From contig NC_068985.1 in NCBI RefSeq assembly GCF_001194135.2, forward strand, positions 40,225,235 to 40,289,234: a DNA stretch of 64,000 bases, given 5' to 3'. How positions within the stretch are numbered: position 1 is the first letter of the stretch; the number at the start of each line of letters is the position of its first letter. Source of the stretch: Octopus bimaculoides (taxonomy: Eukaryota). Shown piece by piece: positions 26,107 through 40,200 of this stretch. Under the pieces are notes generated by a model that saw only the letters and a list, made by a program, of their open reading frames with translations, made no database searches and was not told the origin of the DNA. The position numbers were made by a program, and so were the translations under genes.

Positions 26107-27385
26107 AGTCAAGTGTTCTCATATATAATGGGGTTTTTTCAATTGCATGAACTAAAAGTTGGAGGAGGATGTGATAAACTACCTGCATCAACTTGCTATA
26201 AAAGCAGGAAGTAATTTTATCTTGTGCTTATTCTTAGTGTGAGTTTTGAAGAGTGCAGTTCGATTTTAACAGTTATTTTTTCAAAGCTATAATGGAAGTG
26301 GCAAAGGAGCATATTCAGCATATTTTGCTTTATGTGTTCAACAAAGGCAACAACACAACAGAAAGTGCAAGGAATACCAATGCAGTGTACAAGAATTGGA
26401 CAATAAGCATAAGCCAGTGTTAACAGTGGTTCCAGAAATTCTGAGCTGGAAACTACAGCCTAGAAGACGAGCCTCATCCTGGAAGGTCTTTAGAGCTTGA
26501 CAAGAATGTCCTGCAAACCCTGGTGGAACAAAACCTCATCGTAACTGTTGAGGAACTAGCAGAGAAGCTTGGATTTGGTCATTCAACCATTCATTGACAC
26601 CTGCTTACCATTGGAGAAGTCAGCAAATTGGGTCAATGGGTTCTGCACAAACTTCCCAAGTCTAATCACGCACAGAGAGTGAATGTGTGCTCTTCTTTGC
26701 TGCCACGTCTCACAAATGAACCTTTTTTGGACCAAATAGTGACTTGTGACAAGAAATGGGTTCTCTATAAAAATGTCAAGTGCTGAAGACAGTGGGTAAG
26801 GAAAGGAGAAACAGCAGCACCCGAGGCTAAAGTAGGTCTTCACCCATGTAAGGTGTTGTTATCTATTTGGTGGGATATCAAATGTTTAGTCCACTTTGAA
26901 CTTTTAAACCCAAATCAAATGATAACAAAGGAGATCTACTATGAGCAGCTTGAGTGGCTTAAGTCAGCACCAGAAAAAAAAACAACCATCTTTGGTTTGA
27001 AGGCGAAAGGAGTTCTTTCATCAGGATAATGCTCGGCCACATACAGCGAGGATGACATTTCAAAGGTTGGAGCAGTTTGAATGGGAAACAATGCCCCACC
27101 CACCAAATTCACCAGACATTGCCCCATCTGATTATCATTTATTCTGCAGTCTTCAAAATCATTTGGATGGAAAAAATATAAACAAGTTCAGAACAGTACT
27201 GGAGGAGTATTTTTCATCACAGACAAGTGAATTTTGGAAAAGGGGCCTTGTAAGTCTACCAGATAGATGGAAGAGCTTGTAGAAAATGAAAGTATATTTT
27301 AGATTAAAAAAGAACTTTGTTTATCTTAATTTTGAAAATTAAAAGAAGTATAAAAAAACCACATTATTTATGGGATGACCCAATA
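26107..27385 (+). mobile_element. Full-length decayed mariner (DD34D) transposon
   Basis: Right TIR aaaaaaccacattatttatgggatgacccaata (27353-27385). Degenerate left TIR tctcatatataatggggtttttt (~26117-26139). Confidence 0.93.
26292..27307 (+). pseudogene. Mariner transposase pseudogene
   Basis: MEVAKEHIQHILLY..LEDEPHPGR..KLGQWVLHKL..IVTCDKKW..LHPCKVLLSIWWD..HQDNARPH..HPPNSPDIAPSDYHLF..LPDRW. At least 5 in-frame stops and a frameshift at the A9 run 26974-26982. Confidence 0.93.
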
Positions 27386-27537
27386 TTTTATTCATTCTAT
27401 TATCAATGCACATGTTCAAGAACCAAGGTGGAATATTCTGCTCAATACCGCATAGTATGCACATTCAAGTTTTTCCATATGCATATATATGAATGCATAT
27501 GTGTTTATATATGTGTTTGCTTATGTGTGTACACATG

Positions 27538-27956
27538 TACTGTAGCAGCCATGATATAAGGGTCGGTAAGAACAAGTGAATTAAAATATTTATTATAGGA
27601 GATTAACAAAACAGTGAGACTAGATATTTTACACATATTTAGATATATCTAATATCTATCTTTCATGGAAATTTCAAGTGAATGGAATAAATATTTCATA
27701 AGTTACGAGGAAATAAACAAATAATCAACCAAACTGCAATGGCCAAAACTTTTGGCCACTGCAATTTGGGAGATTGTTTATTTCCTCATAACTTACAAAA
27801 TATTTATTCCATTCACTTGAAATTTTCATGAAAGATAGATATTAGATATATCTAAATAGGTGTAAAATATCTAGAGTCAATGTGTTGTTAATCTTCTATA
27901 ATAACTATTTCAATACATTTGTTCTTACTGACCCTTATATTATAGCCACTACTGTA
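27538..27956. mobile_element. ~420-bp foldback palindrome (MITE-like), TA-CAGT-type ends
   Basis: The two arms are reverse complements over almost their whole length, centred on ggccaaaa-c-ttttggcc (27741-27757). Confidence 0.9.
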
Positions 27957-28401
27957 TGTATTCACATCACTGTCATTTTTATGCCTGCTTTTTCTTTCTT
28001 GGCATGAGCTGAACAAGACGTTGGGGCAGCAGCCTACAGCAGGATGCCCTTCTTGTTGTAAACCACTACACGTTTTTCAACTGAGCTATTTTTATTTCAT
28101 CAATCTTCATACATCAACACTGATGAATCTGACAAGCTGCAGTATCATTGCTTAAGTGATAACAGTGTGAAGAAAAACATTCACACAAATGCATAAATGA
28201 CAAGCATCTGTTCAGTTTCCATCTACCAAATTTCATTCACAAGGCATTGGTCAGCCCAAAGCTACAACAAAAGACACTTTCTCAAGGGGCCAAGCACTGG
28301 GATAGAATCCAAAACCATGTGGTTGCAATGCAAACTTATTAACCAGTCATATTTGCAACTATATTTATTTATTTATTTATTTATTTATTCATTTATTTAT
28401 T

Positions 28402-28446
<45 letters not shown>

Positions 28447-28617
28447 TGAATTTGAAATCCCCGCAATAAAAATAGAAAATAAACTACCCTCATTAGAAAA
28501 GGATGAGCATATCAAAGAAATTTAATAGTTATTGACTGAAATATGAGAGTAAGCTGTTGATAATTAAAAATTTCACGTAAATATGCAACTACAAAAAACT
28601 TTAGATAACCATTATTA

Positions 28618-28651
<34 letters not shown>

Positions 28652-29354
28652 CATTATCTATAGTGTCATCATTACCATTTATTCATCATTATCATAATCA
28701 TCGTTGCTATTATTTTCTAAAACTGCCTGTACAAACTATTTTTGTTTTTCTCTCTTAACAGCATAACAACATTTCTCACAATTACAAAGCTACTAAATAG
28801 TGAACAAATAATGGAGAGCAAATATTTCTCTCTTTCTTACATGAATAAGACAAATAACAAAAAGGAAATATAAAATAGAACATATATATGCACAAACATA
28901 AATATTCAGAGCAACCAAACAAAAACAAAACCGAGACATTACCTGTTGTATTCAAAATTTTTTTTATAACCATTGTAGTAAATGTAGTGAACTATATACA
29001 TTGATTAAAAAATAAAAAACTGATTTGAGCTATTGTGTTAAAGAGGCTTTACTAAGCAATGCCTTTTGTTTACTTTATCAATCTATCATTAGGATGGTTG
29101 AACGAACAGTAATAATACTAATCCCTGGAAAAAGGTTAATCTAACAAGTAGATAATCCATCATATTGAAATGAAAGAAGAGGATGCATGAGTAATGAAGA
29201 AGTGGTATGCTATTTGTCACAACAACAGAAATTTCAAATATTTATCATTTCAAATCGAACAAGAAAAAATATCAATAAAGGTGATAAAACAAGCACCCAG
29301 GTGATAAGTTATCAGTGACATTCTTCAACTGAACTACATACTCACAAAACTAGA

Positions 29355-29362
29355 TGACGTCA
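29355..29362. promoter_or_regulatory. Full palindromic CRE (TGACGTCA)
   Basis: Exact match in CpG-poor unique sequence beside candidate alternative first exons. Function unproven. Confidence 0.3.
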
Positions 29363-29928
29363 CTTATGACCTTACCCACAGCTTTATTTATTGTTTGACA
29401 AGTTAATTCAATAGATTTCTTTTGGTTCATTAAAAATTCAAGGGCTTTATTTTTGTCTAATTTCTAGTAAATCCTTTGAGGTTGAATAGAAACAATACTC
29501 ATTATTATAATGAGTGTATTTGGCACAAGAAACTACACAGGAATATTGTTGGATTTGGTGCAGATATATTTGCTATTTATCATTATTTATTAATAATTGG
29601 TAAAAATATAATAACTATAATAAATACAACAATATTATAAATTAAAAATCATAAATACAAATGCTATAAATACAACTATGCTCTAAAATATGATGACCAT
29701 TTAAAATATATTTCTAAAATAAGAAACAGTTAAAAAGGAAAAAAAAAAATAAAGCAATCCACCCAATCTTTGGTTTATGAATGCATGTGAAAATGTAGTG
29801 GCTAAGCTGATAATTTATTCCAGTAAGGAAGAGGTGTGAGAAGTAGAAGGCATATGAAGTAGTAGTAGTAGTAGTAGTAGTGTGTGTGTGTGTGTGTGTA
29901 TGAGAGAGAGAGAGAGAGAGAGAGAGAG

Positions 29929-29972
<44 letters not shown>

Positions 29973-30574
29973 TGTGTGTTTAGCCAAGTCAAAGATTAAG
30001 TTCATCTTAAGCTTTCATGATGGCTTTTGGGGTAGGCGTGTTTAACATAAGGCTTAAAGGTTGGATAGGACCTGGTTAAAACCATTTGTTCGGTTTGGTG
30101 AGGGTGGAGAAATTCATTGACTACCTATGCCCTAACTACCCTACATTTAACCATTATTTGTATCTCCTCTGTAAACAGAGTGTACTGTTTGTACAAACCA
30201 CCAAACCGGATGTTTACACCGATAGGAACATTCCCTTCACTTAGCTACTTTTAAATTATCTTCTCCTCACCCTCTTCATGTACACATTCCCAATCAAGTT
30301 TTTGACCCTTCTCAATTGCCAAGTTAAGTGTATATTCATTCAGCAAATCAACTGTGTATATCCAAATAAAGGAGTGTAATTTAATAATGATTTTTTGATG
30401 TCTAGAGTAGGGGAAAATCCTTTAAATGATTTGGAGAATAGACAAAAATACTAGTGAACAAATACTGTAATACGGATTTTTGCGAATATTCTCATATTTA
30501 TCTCAAATAGTAACTTAAGTGGAATTTATTAATAAAAATAATTATCTTTGGTACCTTTGACTAACTAAATAACT

Positions 30575-30945
30575 CCATTCATCCATCTTCACTGCTCACT
30601 ATTCCTGGAAGGGTCACAGGGGTAGGTCTCAGGCACTTCCTCCATAGGGTTCTATCAAATGCATCTGTCATTAAACTTTTCAACTGAATTCCCAAGCATG
30701 GACAGCTGAGACTATGGCTATTATCCAACCATCTCATTCTTGGTCTACTCCTAAGTCTCCTGCAATATTCTAATCACATGTCCATAGTACTGGAGCTGTG
30801 ACCTCTCAATGTGAAGAAGTTATAGCTCTACTTGGAGAGGCTCTCTGATCTCTGAGCTCCAAATTTCCTTCAAAGGCCACTTGTATTCATGATTGTACTC
30901 TTTTGGTCATTATCCAATATTCATGACCACAGGTGAGGATGGACA
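30575..30945 (-). mobile_element. RTE (Expander/Rex3-like) LINE 3' end
   Basis: PILTCGHEYWIMTKRV..LLHIERSQLQYYGHVIR..RPRMRW. Confidence 0.8.
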
Positions 30946-32141
30946 TGGAAAGTGAATTATAAACTGTTCATCTATTTATTTACCTGTCCATCAGTTTCAG
31001 TAAAAACGTATGTTCATACACTGAGAGGATCCTCTTTAGAAAATAGACACATACACACACAAGTCAGTCCACAAACTCATGCATACAAATGTCATATGTA
31101 TTGTAGGATAACAGTAACAAAATTTCATGTAAAATATAAACTCCACCTATAATAATAATCTTAGGTTAGGATTAAGTACATTCGACAAATCAGAAGAGCA
31201 CTGATGACTGACACCGCATACAATTCTAGATTCTTATTATCATAAGAACTGTTATATCACAAAAAGCTAAAATCTTCAATTTCCAAAATATCTCAATCAA
31301 GACAATCTCTGGACATCACAAAGATAATTAGTCGATCATATGCATATTGCATATTACATATTTTCAAACCAAAAAATAGGTCTACTGGATAAGGGTAGAC
31401 CTAGGATTAAACAAAAACAACAACAACAAACTTACTGTTTCTCACTAATCTATTTAGTTATCCCCCCAGTACACATTAACCTAAATAACTATACACAAAT
31501 ATGCATATGTATATATTTCTATCTGTACTGAATTAATGTTTTCTGTCCAAAGCTCTGTCAACCGAGAATTTGTTTTTGCTTTCTAAAATCAAACAAAATA
31601 AACATTCATATATAAACAATGTTCCGAATATTAACCAATTCCACTTAGTGCTGTACTTGAGCAGACTGCAATGGATTGTTTTGAAAACAAATAGAACCAC
31701 TGAAAGGCAAAAACAATCAAACAAGAACAGCTGGTTGCGTGCACATGTGTGTATGTTTCTACACACACACACACGTGTGTGTGTGTGTGTATGCAATGCA
31801 CACGTATACATGTAGGTATGATCATGTGTATGCTTGAGAGTACTAAGACACACACATGCATGCATGCACATGTGTATGAATGCACACAAGTGTGTAAATA
31901 ATATATATGCATTTAATTATTTCCATGACATATTATAACTGTGTATTTTACATATGTGTAAGTTACTGAAGTGAAATGTTGAAACTAGATTTGGATTGAG
32001 TGTAAAATTAATGTTAACATATTAAATAAAATGAATTTAAAAAAACTAACAACAAATAATTGTCTGGTCAGGAAAAATGAAAACAATATTAGTCAATGAC
32101 TCATATTATTTTAGTTATTTCAGCAAATATGGGAGAGAAGT

Positions 32142-32180
32142 CTAGATACGTTTCAGTATGTTTATGACCTCATCAGCAAA
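32142..32180 (-). ncRNA. Degenerate minimal type I hammerhead-ribozyme-like motif
   Basis: ttg CTGATGA GGT cataaacat ACT GAAA CGTA TC taga. Core motifs are correctly spaced, but stems II and III are imperfect. Confidence 0.5.
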
Positions 32181-35100
32181 GCATAAACTTCACTGAACTT
32201 AGCCAAATAGTGATTGAAAAATCAATAAGTTAATGTACAAGATTGCACAAAGGTTGGCACTCAAGGTTATGGTTACACATAAGTTTATGATTATGCACAC
32301 ACAAATAGGACATACCATTATGTTATTAATAAATAACACAGAAAGGAAATAATAACAAAAAGATTACATTAAAAATGATGCATGGATCCTGTAGTCTTCT
32401 AGTTACAGTTACAAAACTGCAATTAGTGGTAAATTTAAATCTAAACATGTTAAGCCATATAGACAAGATGACACAGGATCAAGAAAAATTGTGGCCTTCA
32501 AGCCTGCTTTAAATACAGCAGGACAGCAGAATGGGAAAATGAACAAATAAGTTACACACACACACACAATATCATTGTTAAATATAAAAACCATTACTTA
32601 AAGGTTTGCATCAAAGATGTTCCATGAAAGAAATTTATGAAAAAAAAATGTTTTTTATTCATCCATTAATGTTATTTGTTGAATGCTTATCAAGAGTGAA
32701 ACTTCAAGTAATGAAGAAACAGTGAGCTCTAAGAATAATATATATCAACTTTACTAGACATGTACTCTTTATTCATACTACTTGCAAGTGTGTGCATGCA
32801 TGTGTGTGCATGTGTGTGCACACGCGCGTGTGTGTGTGTGTGTGTGTGNNNNNNNNNNNNNNNNNNNNNNNNNNNNNNNNNNNNNNNNNNNNNNNNNNNN
32901 NNNGCGTGCGTGTGTGTGTGTGTGATTTTTATCAGCATCATATAATATCTATGTTCTATGCTGAAATGGGCTGATTGGTTTGAAAAGATCCAATGGGTCT
33001 AGTCCCAAAACTGCATCATGCTCTAGTAAGTGCTTTGGCATGGTTTCTGTGGCAGATGACTTTCCTAACACCAACCACATTACAACATGTATTTGGGTGC
33101 TTTTTTCCATGTCATCAGCACAAGAAAGACCACTATACGGCTCATAAGACTATGAACTCCATGGGGTGGGGATGGGGGGCACACATACATCATTTGACCT
33201 GAAGGAATCAAGTCGAGGCTATTATGTTCACAGACCACCTGAGATTTGTGCAGCTGATGTACTTCTTGAACAACTGCAGGAATATAGATAGGAAGGAGTT
33301 TCCAGAAGATTGAAGCTTTGTGAAGAAAGGATTGAGTGTAGTGATTAGCATGGGGACTATGAGACTCACAATGTCAGTGGCAAGAAGAAAAGACAAGTGA
33401 GTCAGAGGAACCTGAGTAGTAGTATAGGAGCAGCGAGCTCTGAGGAGCGATGATTCAGTATTTCTGTTGGTTCGAGGTTAACGTGTGTTGGTAAAAAATT
33501 TCATGGCAATCCACCAGCTGGGGTTTTGGGGATGCAGTCTTAGTTATCTATATGTAGAAGCAAAGTGCAATGATCAACAGTATTCTGGCCATATCCAACA
33601 TCATCATTTAATGTCCATTTTCATTGGACAGTTCAACAGGAGCCAATATACCAGAGGACTGCATCAAGCCCCAATGTCAGCTTTGACATGGTTTCAACAG
33701 CTTGATCTTCCTAATGACAACCACTTTAACCAAGGTTATCTCATTCAATGTATCCTCCCTTTTTGGCTATTATGTTGTATATTAAGTTATTTCTAGTACG
33801 TAGAACTCCTCGCCCCATTCATTTACCAGTGTTTTGCTGCTTGCCGGTTTCCTTGTTGGACAAAAATCTAAACCACTGAAACAATAATTTATGTCAAATG
33901 ATGATAAACTGGAGGTAAGGAGGGTTATTGTACTGAGAGTAATAATGAAGTATCATATATGTAATATGGACCAAAGTTTAATACAAAACGTTAAGAAGTA
34001 AAAGGTCATTTTCTTAAAATAAAATGTCATGCACAATGTAAGAAGGAAGTTACAGCTTTAAATAGAGTATTTAAAATGAAAAGGCTAAGTTGCTGTGGAA
34101 CTGCATAACATGGTCATATATGATTGGGGTTAAAAAATGGAATATTATAATGAATTAAGATTCTATCAATATCTATTCGCCTATTTTTTAGCATCTACAC
34201 ACACACACAATATTACACCTTTCCACTCACAGTAATACACATATAATTTTTAACTAATTCCAACTAGTTGGCTGCATCTATGGCTTATCTGAATAAACAT
34301 TAAAATGCTAAATATTTACCAATGATAGAGTGTGTAGGATTTCTTATAGGTAACTGGAATAAACCCCCTGCCATCAAGTCAAACAAATATCTTGCAGCAG
34401 ATATCCATTCAGACACCTGAATGACACCATGAAATGGATGAATTAATTTAGACAGAAATAGTCTTAGTAAACCTCTTTGATATAAATTATTTGAAAATTA
34501 TGATCCCTCACTAATTTGGTGGCCCTGTGGGTAAAGGTGTTTGTAAGCAGCAGAGGTTTCAATCACTTCCAGGTATTATAAATAAGCCTTATTAATTATT
34601 TTCATTTTAACAATGTAGTGCCCCAGTATGGCCATGATCTAATGACTGAAACAAGTAAAAGGTAAAAAAATTTCCACAAATTTTGGGAGAGTATGCAGTC
34701 AAATTAACTGCAATACTTGACAGGTACATATTTTATTGATCAAGGTCAATTTTTGTATCAGGAATACAATAAACAAAATTGATCCCAACATAGTAATGGT
34801 ACTTATTTGATCGACACCAAAAGGAGGAAAAGCAGAGTAGACCCCAGCAGGATTTGAACCTGCAAAACAAGAAGTAATTTACTCTGGCTTTCTGCTGCTT
34901 TAGTTATCTCCATGACACTTAGGTTTAAAATTATATAAATCTACAAAGGTATTTTAGAAGTTTAATATGTTTTCCAAAGCAAGTCAAACATTATCAAATC
35001 ATCTTCCACATGTAATATAATGACATGGCAAGGCAGGCTTAAAGTAGATAATATATGAATAACTCACCATTATATAATATTGAGTCCAAATCCTCAGCTA

Positions 35101-36742
35101 ATGCAAATGGATTGTCTAAACAATAAAATGTCATAAAGATAATGAAATGAAAATGTGTGCATATATATATATATATATATACATACATAATTAATTACTC
35201 AGAAATAATAAGAACATCTTTTTTAAGATCAGAAATAAAATTGAAAATTATTCAAACTAATTTATTGTAATGAAAATTCTTCAAAATTATTTATTGTAAC
35301 AATTCCTGGAAACTATTTTTCTTTTCTTTTTTAGTAATTTTATCTGATATTAATAAATTTTAAAATCTAGACTAAACATTTTCTTTTAGGTAGTTTAAAT
35401 ATTTTTGCAAGAACTTTCCCTGGCTTTGCTTCCACCTGTCCCCATTATGTTGTTAAGAAAACAACATTGAATTAACAAAGACTACCAAGGTCAGTTGGCA
35501 GCTCTCTCATATATTATATGGCAGAATAGACATCTAATCTCTTATCAGTCCACCTAGTATATGCAAGTCTTAACTACTGAGTATGACTGACTGATACCTT
35601 AAAACTCTAGATTCTGAGTAGGATAATATAGTTTGGACTTGAGGTGTGCTCCTCTAATTCAACCGTTAGATTTTGGTAGGTTTGAGAGTGAAAATTTTGA
35701 TAATTTATTGTGGTGATAGGGTGACCACGATAAACTTAGCGTCAACATAGTATTTCTATGAAAGCTCACAGAGACAAAGTTGATTAAGCAAGGTCAATTT
35801 GACTGAGGGCAGAAATGGAACAGAGGAAGAATGCATTTGTGAATAACTATCTGCAAATAGCAACCTGCTTACATCATCAAAAACACCTTAATAAGAGATT
35901 TTATTAAGAATGCAATGAATGACAATAAATTTTAGTAAATTGAGTAATTTAAAAACTAGCAAAATCAAACAACTGATACCTCTTGAACTTGAGTTTATTG
36001 ATATTTCAAAATTGGAATTATTTCTTTTTAAAAGAACTGAGCTATTATTTAAAAAATAACATAACTGATATCACTGTTCCTAGTTAAAGGAAAGCTATTT
36101 TTATCATGAAGATATCAAACTAAAATATTTGCTTATTTTTCTTCTATTGATCAACCATAAGGAAATAGTGCCCATAACCATTTTCAGGGCCTCTGAGATT
36201 GGTAAAAGGGAAGTACCTTAAACCAGAGACCTCACCTGATTGCTTAGAACAGAGGAGACACCACTAAAGATACCCAAAGACTAAATAATGACGTTAAACT
36301 GAGTGACTAGTTAAGTCACCACTTATTTGTTGATGGAAATAAAACAAAAATCTTTACTTTTTATGGTAAATTGCTGTAAACTTTAAATAAAATTAATAAA
36401 TAAAAAATTAATATGGGACATGAAATGAAAAAAAAACAACAACTTGGAATGAATATCAAGTATACTAGTTAGAATATAGAGCACATCATGTTTGATCAAT
36501 ACTTGACTGAGGTCATGTATTAGGATAATTCATGTTAAATAATATGTTTGTAGAGATGGAAAGAAGAAACAATAAATTATGACCAAGTGACACAATAATG
36601 AAAATGTAGAAGAAAAAAAAATATTTAAAATAAACGAATAAATATACAGATGAAATATAAATAATGGCATTAATAAAACAACAGTATATCTATAAATCTA
36701 TGTCATGCAAACACACAATGAAGATGCATGTGTACATGTGTA

Positions 36743-36793
<51 letters not shown>

Positions 36794-37191
36794 NNNNNNN
36801 NNNNNNNNNNNNNNNNNNNNNNNNNNNNNNNNNNNNNNNNNNNNNNNNNNNNNNNNNNNNNNNNNNNNNNNNNNNNNNNNNNNNNNNNNNNNNNNNNNNN
36901 NNNNNNNNNNNNNNNNNNNNNNNNNNNNNNNNNNNNNNNNNNNNNNNNNNNNNNNNNNNNNNNNNNNNNNNNNNNNNNNNNNNNNNNNNNNNNNNNNNNN
37001 NNNNNNNNNNNNNNNNNNNNNNNNNNNNNNNNNNNNNNNNNNNNNNNNNNNNNNNNNNNNNNNNNNNNNNNNNNNNNNNNNNNNNNNNNNNNNNNNNNNN
37101 NNNNNNNNNNNNNNNNNNNNNNNNNNNNNNNNNNNNNNNNNNNNNNNNNNNNNNNNNNNNNNNNNNNNNNNNNNNNNNNNNNNNNNNNNNN

Positions 37192-37227
<36 letters not shown>

Positions 37228-40200
37228 AGTGTGCATGTGTGTGTGTTAGTGTGCATGTGTGTGTGTGTGAGTGTGTATGTGTGTGTGTGAGTGTGCATGT
37301 GTATGCACATACACACACATGCACACTCACACACACATGATGGGCTTCTTTCAGTTTCTGATTATCAAATGCACTCACAGGGCTTGAGGCTATAGTAGAA
37401 GACACTTGACTTATGTACCATGCAGTAGAACTGAACCCAGAACCATGTGGCTGGGAAGCAAGCTCTTTACCACACAGCCATCCCTATATATATTTGTACG
37501 AAGCTAATGAATCACTTTGTTGTTACTCAGCTTCTGTTTCTATTGGCAAAATGTAAATATTATGAAGTGCACCAGGTTTGATATTGAAATGGTTCAGATA
37601 TTCACGTACCCATTTGATGACATCACTCCTTTCAGACAACATTGTACTGAAAAACTTTGTTTATATCAACTTTATACATTTATTTTGGGACTGCTTCAAA
37701 TTAACTTGATCATTTTGAGAGAATTAGGATGTGTTAATCAAACATATGCTGCCTTAGTGCAATAGGGTTTATATTTTTCTGAATCAGATTTGGTGCAAGT
37801 CTGAGATATTTATCCTTTATCTTTTACTTGTTTCAGTCATTAGACTGTGGCCATGCTGGGGCACCACTCTGAAGAATTTTTAGTTGAATGTATCAGCCCC
37901 AGTACTTCTTTTTTAAGCCTGGTACTTGTTATAATGGTTCTCTTTTTCCAAACCACTAAGTTATAGGGAGATAAACACACCAGCATCAAGCAGTGTAGGG
38001 GTACACACACACACACACACACACACATACAATGGGCTTCTTTCAGTTTCAATCTACCAAATCTATTCACAAGGCTTTGGTCAGCCCCAGGCTACAGAAG
38101 ACACTTGGTCAAGATGTCACACTGGAGGACTGAACCATGTGTTTGGGAAGCAAGCTTCTTACTTCACAGCTATTGCCTGTTTTAATTTTGTTTACTTTTC
38201 AAAGTTTATGTAGCTGTTTAACCTAGATCAGTCCTAACTGAGCAGACCTATAATCAAAGCATTCCAATCACGACCATAGCATGTTTCTATCAGGAATAGC
38301 AAATCTAAGACTATATCAGCCAATATGCCCTTTCCATTCATGATTTCAAGTTGTAATTTAAGGGAAATTTGATTGCTCTATCTAGCAGGGTGAGCAGTCA
38401 TTTAAACACTCACATTTTGGCTTGTTTTAAAGTGATTGTTTACAAATATATACTGGCTAATAATGTTCCAGGTGTGCATGGGGAAATATGGTTTGTGTGT
38501 GTTCTTAAAGTGTCCTAAGAAGAAAAAAATATTAAGTCTGACATTTTTAAATAAGTGACATTGCAACCTTCATCAGAAAAAAAATATATATATATTTTAC
38601 AAATAGTAATAAAAACAAAAATTAACTCAATTTTGCTGAAATTAAAATAGTATAAGATATTTGACCCAAATAAAAATGTTAATGTCTTTTTAAATATCAG
38701 CATCAAAATATCATATTTAAATTGTTATCCTTTCTTTAAGACTAATTAATTACTGCTTGATTGGTAAACTCACAACTTTGAAATGTTTAAATGCCATGCT
38801 GACATCTAAAATAGCTTAATATCTTTCAGCAGAGAAATTAAATTAGCTAAACTAGAATGCTGAGTACGTTAAATGTTTGCCATTTCCTCTCTGAGAAATG
38901 AGATCATATCCCAAAATAAGTACCATTCTGTAGTCATTCAGTAATGAAATTTTAAAATAATTTTGATATATGTTATTCCCTCAGCTTCTGCAACTCAATA
39001 CTGTTATTCACCAATATTAGTTTTCTTAATGAAAGATATACATGTTGAGTGAAAAGATTCAGAAATATTTAATATTCTTGAAGATATTACTAAAGATTGT
39101 AAAGATCTATTATAAGATTGGTTCATATGGAGAGTTTCATTGGTGAATGTCTCATAACCTATTAGGGAACCATTGAAGACATTTATTTTCAGGCAATATA
39201 TCTGAATTTATTAATTCTTTCCCTTAACTTTATTTTTTCTGTATGCTCTCTATTGTATACATCAAGACACTGATGTAAAAACATTCTCTTGCAACATAAA
39301 TGAGATGTGTATATAACTTTTGTTTTCTTGTGTGATCACAGATTTCTATCAATAGGTGATCAGGCATTTCCCACCAAAGTTTAATACTTATTCTCAACAG
39401 CTAAAAAGACTGAAGCTATGCAGGATAAAATATTATGCTAGAAAGACAACAAAATGCTTGCAGTAGATGCTAGTTATTTCATCTGCAGATACCCATTTAT
39501 GTAAAAGTTATCACAGATTAATAATTTTGGAGAAACATACAGAATTAACAGGTTACTTCTCTCTTTTTATAATAATAAAAAAAAAATTGTTGCTTATGAA
39601 AATATGAGAAGTGCGGGTTAAGAGCAAATAAAATAATATATTTTTTTACGGAAGAAGTGTAATGCCCATAACCTCTTTGCAAGGCTACTGATGGAGAAAC
39701 AGAGGATGACTAGTTTGCCATCTAAAAGCAGGTACAATCCTCTATATGGGCTTTCATAGAATTTACTTTGAGGCATAAGCATAGAAAACAATTGCCCAAA
39801 ATGCTGCACAGCGGAATTGAACCTGAAACCACATAGCTGTGAATTAAACTTCTTAATTACTTAACTATGCTTGCCTCCATTTTTTTCTATCTTGATAGTT
39901 AAATTTTATTTCTTTTTAATTTAAATATTACAGTTGCATTGTTGCAATTACATTACATGGATTTTTATTTTCATTACTGTGATCAAGGTTGCAAGATGGC
40001 AGAATCATTATGATACGGGGCAAAATGCTTGGTGGCATTTAGTCTCTCTTTAGGCTCTGAGTTCAAATTCCACTAAGATCAACTTGCCTTTCATCCTTTC
40101 AGGGTTGATAAAATATGTAATTGACTTACCCAATCCTCCAAAATTGTTGGCTTTGTGCCAAAATTTGAAACCACTATTATAACTGTGGTTGCCATTAAAA

